The notes under the pieces are model-generated. The model did no database searches. It saw only the letters and a list, made by a program, of their open reading frames with translations, and was not told where the DNA came from. Source: an uncultured Eubacteriales bacterium (GTDB lineage Bacteria > Acidobacteriota > Aminicenantia > Aminicenantales > CALLJL01). From it: 64,000 bases of DNA. Positions 29,626 to 38,178 of this stretch are shown here, in pieces (the first letter of the stretch is position 1; the number at the start of each line of letters is the position of its first letter). The position numbers and the translations under genes are program-made. The stretch spans positions 504 to 64,503 of the forward strand of contig CAZVIN010000004.1 in assembly GCA_964627255.1 (NCBI GenBank). Direction: 5' to 3'.

Positions 29626-30109
29626 TTCATCTGGAGGGAAAACAAGTGCCGCCGAGAGTAAAGTGGAAAGTTCAAAAAAAATAATCACTAAAACTACAAA
29701 TTCGAACCGCAAGCCCAATTTAATCCTATAATTTTTAAACAAATCTCCTCCTTCCTTTTTTAATATATTTAATGAATTCAATTTATTCAAAAGCTTTCTT
29801 TGAACACCTGTTTGCTCACTCTGGCCATTGCTCTTAAAAGAGCCAACTTTTGCGGGGAGAAGAAGCTGTATCCCTAAACGTCTTTTTCTCCGAATAACGC
29901 CGAACCACTCAGTAATACCCGCCTAAATGAAGAGGGAATTGTATTCAAAGAGGCCTTCTTCTCCTTATGGCTCCTCCTGGACCTGAAAGCGATATCTGGG
30001 CTATTTCTTAATTTCATCAATCCAAACTGAGTATGATTTTATTTATGAATTCCATCGTATTTCATTCTTAATTTGAATAATTAAGGACAAATTAAATAAC
30101 CAACGACAA

Positions 30110-30277
30110 TGCAATTAAAAAACTTGAGATGATTCGGTCAAATTGATAATTATTTTTTTAGAAGAAAGAAAAATGGCCGGAAAGATGAATCGTCGGGACT
30201 TTATAAAATTAATCGCCGTTGGAACCTTAAGTTTGTCGCAGGTCTTCTCTTCCCTTTCATGGGAAAAAACTACATAG
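30110..30277 (+). pseudogene. Remnant of a sulfatase gene: duplicated promoter region plus the first 34 codons (Tat signal) of a paralog of the 33510 sulfatase, then a stop.
   Basis: 30110-30277 aligns with 33447-33610 (AAAAACTTGAGATG...GATAATTATT...ATGGCCGGAAAGATGAATCGTCGGGACTTTATAAAATTAATCGCCGTTGGAACCTTAAG vs ...ATGGCCGGAAAATTAAATCGTCGAGACTTCATAAAATTAACCGCCATTGGCACCTTAAG). Encoded peptide MAGKMNRRDFIKLIAVGTLSLSQVFSSLSWEKTT*. Confidence 0.65.
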
Positions 30278-30503
30278 AAAGAGTCCCCCCTCCTATTTCA
30301 AACCACAGCTTGAGGCAGCCAATGAATTAACACAAAATGCTTGAGACTACTAGAAGACTTGGGCAATCCCTAAAATACCCGCTCAGTAAAGACTCCTCCT
30401 ATTTTCTTAATTTCTTATTTTGTCTTCCCTGCCGAGACATAAGCTTGTCCGACTCTACTAATTAATCTCCTAAGCATCCTAAAGCCTTAAAACACTCGGT
30501 CAA

Positions 30504-33005
30504 TCATTCATCAACGAAACTCAGCAAATATGTTTTGCCTGGAGACGTATTGAATTCGATGGCACCATTTTCCTTTTTGTCTGTCGGAACCGTCAACTCA
30601 TCCAAGAAAACTTTGAAAGATTTCGTAGCTCGGATACGGCACGGACCACCGCATTTAGAAACGATGCGTCCCGCTACCGGAGATCCTCCTTCCCAGCTCA
30701 AGTCAACTTCGAACCCTCCTCTGGCGCAGAATCCTCGAAAAGAACCTTTTGCTAATGCCTTAGGAAGTGCCGGAAGAATATGGATCTCTCCTGCATGAGA
30801 CTGAAGAAAAATCTCTGCAATCCCAGACGTAGCTCCAAAATTCCCATCAATGTTAAAGGGAGGGTGGTTTGAGAATAAGTTGGGCAGCACTCCTCCCTTG
30901 TATTCCGTCCCAGGGACGTGTTCAGCATCGAGATTCATGACATTGCACAGAAGTTTATAAACCCTCTCGCCATCAAGAAGACGAGCCCAAAGGTTGATCT
31001 TCCAGGCAAGTGACCAGCCTGTCCCGCTGTCCCCCCTGAACTCCAGAGATTTTCTCGCTGCGTCGGCAAGATGAGGAGTAAGCAGCGGCGTGATTATGTT
31101 ACCAGGAAAAACTCCCCACAGATGAGAGAGATGTCTGTGCACGTCTTCTGGGTCGTCCCAATCTTCAAGCCACTCTTGGAGCTGTCCATAGCGGCCGATC
31201 TGGTGAGGAGCTAGTCGGGCTCGAGCTTTAAGAACTTCTCTACGAAAACCATCGTCAATATTCAATATCTTTGCGGCTTTGGCGCAGGCATCGAAAAGAA
31301 ACCGTAGGATCTCCATGTCTATGGTTGGGCCTGCGCAAATCGTCGTAATCTCCCCTTTTTCGAACAGTTCTCTGTTCCAGACCCGAGGGTTTCCCTCGGC
31401 TTTGTACCAATTCTCTGGAGAATTTGAGGGATTAGTAACAAGCCATCCTTTTTCCGAATGTTCAACGAGGGTATCAAGAAAGAACCGGGCTGCCCCTTTC
31501 ATCAGGGGATAAGCTTCTCTTAGAAAAGTTTTATCACAAGTAAAAAGATAATGTTCCCACAGATGAGTGGCCAGCCATGCTCCTGCGGCTGCCCAGGTTT
31601 CAAAATAGCCGTACCAACCCATGGGGGCCGTTGGGCGCCAGAGATCGGTGTTAAAATGGTGAACCCATCCTCGTGCACCGTAGAATTCTTTAGCTGTGCG
31701 CTGACCAGTTACAGCCAATTCCTTGATCATCTTATAAAGTGGTTCGAAACACTCCGACAGATTGGCTGTTTCAACTGGCCAGAAGTTCATCTGAAGGTTG
31801 ATGTTGGTGGTGTATTTCCCACCCCATGCAGGATTCATGCTATCATTCCAGATACCCTGAAGGTTTGGTGGTTGAGTCCCAGGCCGTGAACTGGAAATGA
31901 GAAGATACCTCCCAAATTGATAGAAGAGAGCAATAAGATCCGCATCTCCACTCTTTTTAAAACCTTGGATGCGCTCGTCAGTCGGCAATTCGGAGGCCTC
32001 GCTTCGGACCAGGGCCAGGTGGGCTCGCCGGAAAAGACGGCGGTGTTCACGAACATGATCTGTCTTGATCGCCTCAAACGTTTTTCCTTCGAGATTTTTG
32101 AGCGTTGCCTTTGTCCTGGTCTCTGGATCTGCTGATACATCCCTGAAGTTAACAAAACTCGTTGCTGCTGCCAGGTACAGCGTCGCCGCATTGGCCGACT
32201 CAATTACGAGACGGTCATTTTCGCAATTGATTGTACCACCTTCAACATTGACCCGCAGACGGGCCTGGTATTCAAGGTGTCCTTTGACACCCAGGTACGA
32301 AGCGTTTCGCCCTCTCAGAACCAGTGTATCTGGCTTTATAGTCTCGGAGTGGAAATACTCGTCCCCCGGAGAGAGCAAATTTTTCTTTCCTCGGAGCGAT
32401 ATCGAGAAAAATAGGGCGCCCGGTCTGTCCGAAGTTATTCGGACGACAAGGACATCATCAACCGGACTGACAAATACTTCTCGGATGAAAGTAATGTTCC
32501 CCGTTTGATAGGACACCTTAACGATAGCAGTATCGAGATCAAGTTCTCTCCGATAAGAGCGGACATCGTATCCGTGGTCGGTAAAATCAAAGTTTTCGTG
32601 GAGGTTGAGTTCAAGATCTCCCAAGGACTGGTATTTCTGGTGCCAGGGGGGATCAGTTTTCCAGGCTTTCTCGACGAGTCGCTGGGCTTCCTTGTATCTC
32701 CTGGAAAAAACGAGTTTGCGGATTTCTGGTAAGGCTTTTGCGCCTTCACCGAGAAGTTTAGGTTCATAAGGACCTCCAGTCCAAAGAGTTTCTTCGTTGA
32801 GTTGAACACGCTCCTCCTTCAGCCCTCCGAATACCATTCCGCCTAGCCGACCATTGCCAACGGGAAGAGCTTCGACCCACTGGGTGGCTGGTTTCCTGTA
32901 CCATAGCTTATAGTATGACCACTCTCCCTGGTCTTTACCGAAGCAGCCTGCAAAGAGGATAATCAACATTGAAACTGTGCTGAAGCTCCTCTTCAACATC
33001 TTCAT
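30504..33005 (-). CDS. GH95 alpha-L-fucosidase (1,2-alpha-L-fucosidase family).
   Basis: 833 aa. PPNLQGIWNDSMNPAWGGKYTTNINLQMNFWP is a GH95 hallmark. The size and N-terminal domain fit GH95. Lipoprotein-like signal (..LFAGC). Confidence 0.8.
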   Translation of the reverse strand: MKMLKRSFSTVSMLIILFAGCFGKDQGEWSYYKLWYRKPATQWVEALPVGNGRLGGMVFGGLKEERVQLNEETLWTGGPYEPKLLGEGAKALPEIRKLVFSRRYKEAQRLVEKAWKTDPPWHQKYQSLGDLELNLHENFDFTDHGYDVRSYRRELDLDTAIVKVSYQTGNITFIREVFVSPVDDVLVVRITSDRPGALFFSISLRGKKNLLSPGDEYFHSETIKPDTLVLRGRNASYLGVKGHLEYQARLRVNVEGGTINCENDRLVIESANAATLYLAAATSFVNFRDVSADPETRTKATLKNLEGKTFEAIKTDHVREHRRLFRRAHLALVRSEASELPTDERIQGFKKSGDADLIALFYQFGRYLLISSSRPGTQPPNLQGIWNDSMNPAWGGKYTTNINLQMNFWPVETANLSECFEPLYKMIKELAVTGQRTAKEFYGARGWVHHFNTDLWRPTAPMGWYGYFETWAAAGAWLATHLWEHYLFTCDKTFLREAYPLMKGAARFFLDTLVEHSEKGWLVTNPSNSPENWYKAEGNPRVWNRELFEKGEITTICAGPTIDMEILRFLFDACAKAAKILNIDDGFRREVLKARARLAPHQIGRYGQLQEWLEDWDDPEDVHRHLSHLWGVFPGNIITPLLTPHLADAARKSLEFRGDSGTGWSLAWKINLWARLLDGERVYKLLCNVMNLDAEHVPGTEYKGGVLPNLFSNHPPFNIDGNFGATSGIAEIFLQSHAGEIHILPALPKALAKGSFRGFCARGGFEVDLSWEGGSPVAGRIVSKCGGPCRIRATKSFKVFLDELTVPTDKKENGAIEFNTSPGKTYLLSFVDE

Positions 33006-33509
33006 TAATTCCTCCTCTTAAATTTTCTTTAATCGCAGGATTAACTTTCCTGGTAGTTTTATATCCAATGACTATGATAGTATCAAGCATTGTATGTTAA
33101 TTCTTTGGCTGCCTCAAACTGTGGTTTGAAATAGAAGAGAGGACACTTCCCATGGGGCTTTTTATCTTGTTCCTTTCCATCTTCAAGCAGATGAAGGCCA
33201 GAAGGTTATAAAGGGCTTTCTTTGAGGCTATTATTTCCATGACCTAATCTCTTTATTCAGCCGCTCAATAATTTTAGTGGATCTTAGCCCTAACCATTCT
33301 TCAGAAGGTTTCTCCGATACATATTAGTCAACTCTAGTAATTGCCTCACCTCATCCCAAAAAAGCCATTTATCCCGCCGTTCGAGTTAATTAAGCTAAAT
33401 CACCCCCCCTTCATTTCATGCTTACTTATAAATAAGCCAGCACAATTATATTAAAAACTTGATATGCATTATTTGATTTGATAATTATTGTCCATAAGGA
33501 GCAAAAAAA

Positions 33510-35087
33510 ATGGCCGGAAAATTAAATCGTCGAGACTTCATAAAATTAACCGCCATTGGCACCTTAAGCCTGCCGCAGGTTTTCTCTTCCCTTTCCTGCC
33601 GGAGCCAGAGCTCCCAACCGAATATTATTTTCATCCTGTCTGACGACCACGCCTGTCAGGCCGTCAGCGCTTACGGCAGCCGTCTTATCCAGACATCCCA
33701 CATAGACAGACTGGCGCAGGAAGGAATTCGTTTCGATTGTAGCTTTGTCACTAATTCTATCTGTGCCCCCAGCCGGGCTTCTATTCTTACCGGTCAATAT
33801 AGTCATCAGCATGGAGTTATTGATAACCGTGGAGAAATGAAATCTCAGGAAGGAACTTTTCCTGGGCTCTTTAAAAAAGCCGGCTACCAGACAGCGCTAG
33901 TAGGAAAATGGCACCTCAAGGCTACTCCAGTTGGCTTTGATTATTTTTCCATCCTGCCCGACCAAGGCCATTACTACAACCCGGACTTTATTGAAAAAGA
34001 CCGAAAATATCAGGAACACGGCTATGTCACCGACATCGTGACTGAAAAATGCTTAGCCTGGATTAAAAACAGAGATAAAAGCAAACCCTTCCTGCTGTTC
34101 ATGAACCACAAGGCTCCCCACCGCAACTGGATGCCTGGTCCGGAAGCCCTTCGTTTGTTTAGGAATGAGGACCTGCCAGTGCCCGAAACCTTCTTTGACG
34201 ATTATCGCAAAAGATGCGAGGCCGCCAGGCGGCAGGAAATGAGGATTGCTGACCACGCCTATCTTTCTTACGACCTAAAACTTTTTCCCCTAAGGGAAGA
34301 AGAAATAAATGACCAGGAAAAAACCGGCCTGACCTACTGGAATTCAGTTTATAATCGCCTGACTGACGAGCAGAAAAAAACCTGGGACGAAGCCTACCGA
34401 GAGGAAAATGAGGAGTTTAGAAGAAAAAAGCTAGAGGGCAGAGAGCTGGCTTTATGGAAATACCAGCGGTACATCAAGGATTATCTGCGTTGTATCGCTT
34501 CAGTTGATTTAAGTACAGCCCGGCTTTTAGATTTCCTGGATAAAGAAGGTCTGGCCAATAATACCTTGGTCATTTACGCCTCTGACCAGGGCTTCTTCTT
34601 GGGTGAACATGGCTGGTTTGACAAGCGCTTTATGTACGAACCAAGCATCCGTTTTCCCCTGCTCATCCGCTACCCCGACGGCGTGGAAAGGAAAGTTGAC
34701 AAGGAACACCTGGTACTCAACGTGGATTTAGCTCCAACGCTCCTGGAAATGGCCGGGCTGACTGTGCCCGCTAACATGCAGGGAAAATCATTTAAAGACA
34801 TTCTTCAGGGAAAAAGAGTTTCTGATTGGCGAGAATCATTTTATTATCATTATTATGAATATCCAGCCGTTCATTCGGTGAAACGTCACTATGGAGTCAG
34901 GACCTCTCGCTACAAGCTGATTCATTTTTATTATGACATTGACTGCTGGGAATTATACGACCTGCAGTCAGACCCCCAGGAAATAAACAATGTCTATAAC
35001 CATGCAGATTATCAGAAAGTTAAAGATGACCTGACGAAAGAGCTCAACCGCCTGAGAACAGAACTCGGAGTCAAGCCAGAAATATAA
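33510..35087 (+). CDS. Sulfatase (Cys-type, Tat-secreted).
   Basis: Tat signal MAGKLNRRDFIKLTAIGTL. ILSDDHA. CAPSR FGly motif. GKWHL. ..YASDQG.. A strong RBS precedes it. Confidence 0.85.
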   Translation: MAGKLNRRDFIKLTAIGTLSLPQVFSSLSCRSQSSQPNIIFILSDDHACQAVSAYGSRLIQTSHIDRLAQEGIRFDCSFVTNSICAPSRASILTGQYSHQHGVIDNRGEMKSQEGTFPGLFKKAGYQTALVGKWHLKATPVGFDYFSILPDQGHYYNPDFIEKDRKYQEHGYVTDIVTEKCLAWIKNRDKSKPFLLFMNHKAPHRNWMPGPEALRLFRNEDLPVPETFFDDYRKRCEAARRQEMRIADHAYLSYDLKLFPLREEEINDQEKTGLTYWNSVYNRLTDEQKKTWDEAYREENEEFRRKKLEGRELALWKYQRYIKDYLRCIASVDLSTARLLDFLDKEGLANNTLVIYASDQGFFLGEHGWFDKRFMYEPSIRFPLLIRYPDGVERKVDKEHLVLNVDLAPTLLEMAGLTVPANMQGKSFKDILQGKRVSDWRESFYYHYYEYPAVHSVKRHYGVRTSRYKLIHFYYDIDCWELYDLQSDPQEINNVYNHADYQKVKDDLTKELNRLRTELGVKPEI

Positions 35088-35146
35088 TTCTTATCTCTTT
35101 CGCCTGGCAAATGTTATGATATGTAAAATAAAATAACGATTGTTAA

Positions 35147-36289
35147 ATGGCTAAAGCAAGACCTATTAGCCGAAAAAAGTTGACCAGTGTCCTGCTTAAA
35201 CCAGCCGGTCCAGATTGTAATCTGCACTGCCATTACTGTTTTTACCTGAAGAAAAGCGAGCTGTTCCCCGCAACTCACAAACACCGGATGAGCCTGGAAA
35301 TCCTGGAGGAAATTATCAGGCAGGTCATGTCTCAGGGATTGCCTGAAGTAAATTTTGGCTGGCAGGGTGGAGAACCAACCCTGATGGGCCTCGATTTTTT
35401 CAGGCAAGCAGTTTATTTCCAGCAGAAATATGGAAGCCGCCAGTCAGTGAGTAATGGCTTCCAAACCAACGGACTTCTCATAAATAAAGACTGGGCTCGC
35501 TTTTTTCGCGAGTATAACTTTCTCATTGGGTTAAGCTTAGACGGCCCCGAGCACGTCCACGACCATTATCGCCGGCACTTAAACGGCCAGGGCTCCTGGT
35601 CAAAAGTGGTGGATGCGGCCACATTACTCCTCGATTCCGATGTGGCCACCAACGCTTTGGTCGTCGTTAACGATTATTCTGTCAGGTTTCCTGAAGAAAT
35701 ATATGAATTCTTGAAAAGCCTGGGCCTCACCTACATGCAGTTCATACCCTGCCTTGAGCCTGACCCGGAAAGACCAGGCCGACCAACCAGCTTTTCTGTT
35801 CCCGCTGAACGCTACGGCGATTTCCTGCTTAGGTTATATGAGCTCTGGAAAGCCGATTTTCAGAATCACCGCCCCCTAACCTACATCCGCAATTTTGAAG
35901 CGCTGGTTTTTGCCTTTGCCGGTTTGACTCCGCCCGACTGCACCTTGCATAAAGAGTGCGGGATGTATGTGGTGGTTGAACACAACGGCGATGTCTATTC
36001 CTGTGATTTTTATGTCCAGCCCGAATGGAAATTGGGAAATGTTAAAGAAAAACGTCTGGTGGACATGCTTAATTCTGCCCCGCAGAGAAAATTTGGCCAG
36101 TGGAAATCCATTTTGCCGGATGAATGTAAAAAATGTAAATGGCTTCTTTATTGCCGCGGCGGTTGCCCAAAGGAAAGAGGTTACCAGCCTGAGCCAGAAA
36201 AAAGCTACTTCTGCCAATCGTACAAGCGCTTTCTCCAGCAGGCCAGCCCTTTTTTCCAGGAATTAATCAAAAAAATAAGATTGGAATAG
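35147..36289 (+). CDS. Anaerobic sulfatase-maturating enzyme (radical SAM with a SPASM domain).
   Basis: CNLHCHYCFY (Cx3Cx2C radical-SAM cluster) at the N-terminus. C-terminal SPASM cysteines CKKCKWLLYCRGGCPKERG. Immediately downstream of a sulfatase. Confidence 0.85.
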   Translation: MAKARPISRKKLTSVLLKPAGPDCNLHCHYCFYLKKSELFPATHKHRMSLEILEEIIRQVMSQGLPEVNFGWQGGEPTLMGLDFFRQAVYFQQKYGSRQSVSNGFQTNGLLINKDWARFFREYNFLIGLSLDGPEHVHDHYRRHLNGQGSWSKVVDAATLLLDSDVATNALVVVNDYSVRFPEEIYEFLKSLGLTYMQFIPCLEPDPERPGRPTSFSVPAERYGDFLLRLYELWKADFQNHRPLTYIRNFEALVFAFAGLTPPDCTLHKECGMYVVVEHNGDVYSCDFYVQPEWKLGNVKEKRLVDMLNSAPQRKFGQWKSILPDECKKCKWLLYCRGGCPKERGYQPEPEKSYFCQSYKRFLQQASPFFQELIKKIRLE

Positions 36290-36615
36290 AAATTAAAAAG
36301 GCCAAACAGGTCCACAGATTGAGCTTTGGTCATCACCAGGTAATGACTTATGGTAATCGCACCGGAGCACTGGAAGGTTCGTGTCAGCTCCTGGGATTGA
36401 AATTTGTTGAGATTGATTAAGTACAAACCCAGCAAAGATAATGGAGTTGAGATTTCCATTTCTTTCCAATAACCTGCGCGGTGTTTGATGTTTACTTAAA
36501 GATTAGAGGGGGAAGCCGAAAGCAATGCCTGGTTTTTGGTAAGTTAAATGAAAAATAAAAAAAAAGAATAAATGGCGCAGCCCATAACTCAAAGAATTTT
36601 AATAAGGAGAAAATA

Positions 36616-38151
36616 ATGCGCAAGCCAACAGGAACCCTGGTCATGGGAATGTTACTTGTCTCCATTTTCATGTTTGCTTCAGGCGACCAACCCGTTTCAA
36701 AACTTCGAGCCCATTATGATGGGTTAGCCATGACGCCGCCCATGGGTTGGTATCCCTGGAATACTTTTGGCCAGGAACCGCAGAACGAGAAGTTGATCAA
36801 AGAAATGGCTGAGGCCTTGGTCAGTAGCGGAATGAGAGAAGCTGGCTATGCCTACATCGGACCTGATGAAGGTATTTGTTTTTACAGAGCGGAAGATGGG
36901 AGGCTAACTACCAATTTAGAACGCTATCCCAGTGGCTTGCGGGGTCTTGGAGATTATATTCATCAAAGAGGCCTCAAATATGCACTTTATACTGATGCTG
37001 GCACCCTCACCTGCAGCAAGGCTATGCCCGGCACCAAGGGGCATGAATTCGAAGACATGCGTCAGTTTGCAGAATGGCGGTGCGATTATCTGAAAATTGA
37101 CTGGTGCCATACTAAAGGACAGGATATCGTCCAGACTTATACTTTGCTGGATGAAGCCCAGCGCGGGGCCGGCCGTCCCCTCGTCCACAGCCTGTGTTCT
37201 TGGGGAGTAGGGGAACCCTGGAAGTGGGCCGCCGCCGTGGGTCATCTATGGAGGACAACCGGAGATATTTGTGAGCCAGGCAAAGCCGACTGGAACTCAG
37301 CCATGGAAATAGTTTTGGCTAACGAGAAATTGTCTGAATATGCCGGAGCAGGCCACTGGAATGACCCGGACATGATGATTGTCGGCATGCCCGGGCTGAG
37401 TGAGGCTCAGAACCGAAGCCTCTTCAGCCTGTGGTGCCTGATGGCTGCCCCGCTTATAGCTGGCAACGACCTGCGCCAGATGTCCGAATCCACCCGGCAA
37501 ATCCTGACCAACATAGAAGTTATCGCTATAGACCAAGACCCGCTTGGCATTCAGGGTCACATCATCAGGCAAGAAGGCCAAGTTAGCATCTGGGGTGAAA
37601 AGAAATTGTTCGATGGTAGCCAGGCTGTGCTGATTTTCAATCAGAATAATTCGCCTTCTCAGGTCACCATAAACTGGGATGAATTCGGCTTCAGCCGTGA
37701 AGCCGGCCTTTATGTCCGCGACCTTTGGAAACACCAGACAAAAGGACCAATCACCCAGGGGCTTACGGTTATGGTACCCCCGAATGATGTAATCATGCTG
37801 CGTCTCTCCAGGTCAAAAGATTTTCCGCTTCCGCCGATTATCAGTGCTGATACTTATCTTATCTCGCTGCGCTCAAAGAGCTCCAAGCCAGAAAAGCTTT
37901 CGGCTTCTTTAACCATTCACAATGCCGGAACTACTGACCTGCCGCTTTGGGAGGTTCACGGGCCGCTTCCCTCCTGGCTTTCGGTAAAAATTACGAAAAA
38001 AGGGGGAAACCAGATTATCACCAACCAAATTAATACCGCGGGCCTCAGCCCAGGCTATTATCACACTACTGTCAGGTTGGATAATACTGAACCAATTTCC
38101 AAAAGACCAATGTCTGCCTTCTATTACGACGTAGAGCTTGAAGTCAAATAA
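36616..38151 (+). CDS. GH27 alpha-galactosidase/alpha-N-acetylgalactosaminidase with an extra C-terminal beta-domain.
   Basis: GH27 motifs: GWYPWNTFG; DYLKIDWC (nucleophile Asp in LK-x-D-xC); WRTTGDI (RxxxDI acid/base motif). Signal peptide. Confidence 0.8.
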   Translation: MRKPTGTLVMGMLLVSIFMFASGDQPVSKLRAHYDGLAMTPPMGWYPWNTFGQEPQNEKLIKEMAEALVSSGMREAGYAYIGPDEGICFYRAEDGRLTTNLERYPSGLRGLGDYIHQRGLKYALYTDAGTLTCSKAMPGTKGHEFEDMRQFAEWRCDYLKIDWCHTKGQDIVQTYTLLDEAQRGAGRPLVHSLCSWGVGEPWKWAAAVGHLWRTTGDICEPGKADWNSAMEIVLANEKLSEYAGAGHWNDPDMMIVGMPGLSEAQNRSLFSLWCLMAAPLIAGNDLRQMSESTRQILTNIEVIAIDQDPLGIQGHIIRQEGQVSIWGEKKLFDGSQAVLIFNQNNSPSQVTINWDEFGFSREAGLYVRDLWKHQTKGPITQGLTVMVPPNDVIMLRLSRSKDFPLPPIISADTYLISLRSKSSKPEKLSASLTIHNAGTTDLPLWEVHGPLPSWLSVKITKKGGNQIITNQINTAGLSPGYYHTTVRLDNTEPISKRPMSAFYYDVELEVK

Positions 38152-38178
38152 TGAGAATAAAAAATAAATGAAATAAAC

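Noticed and set aside
29690-29720. TTCGAACC-like motif checked as a possible tRNA T-arm; a window-wide scan for GGTTCGAATCC-type T-arms and matching acceptor stems was made.
   Set aside because: No flanking sequence forms a cloverleaf (no acceptor/T-stem complementarity), and the other occurrences lie inside protein-coding sequence. No tRNA is called in this window.
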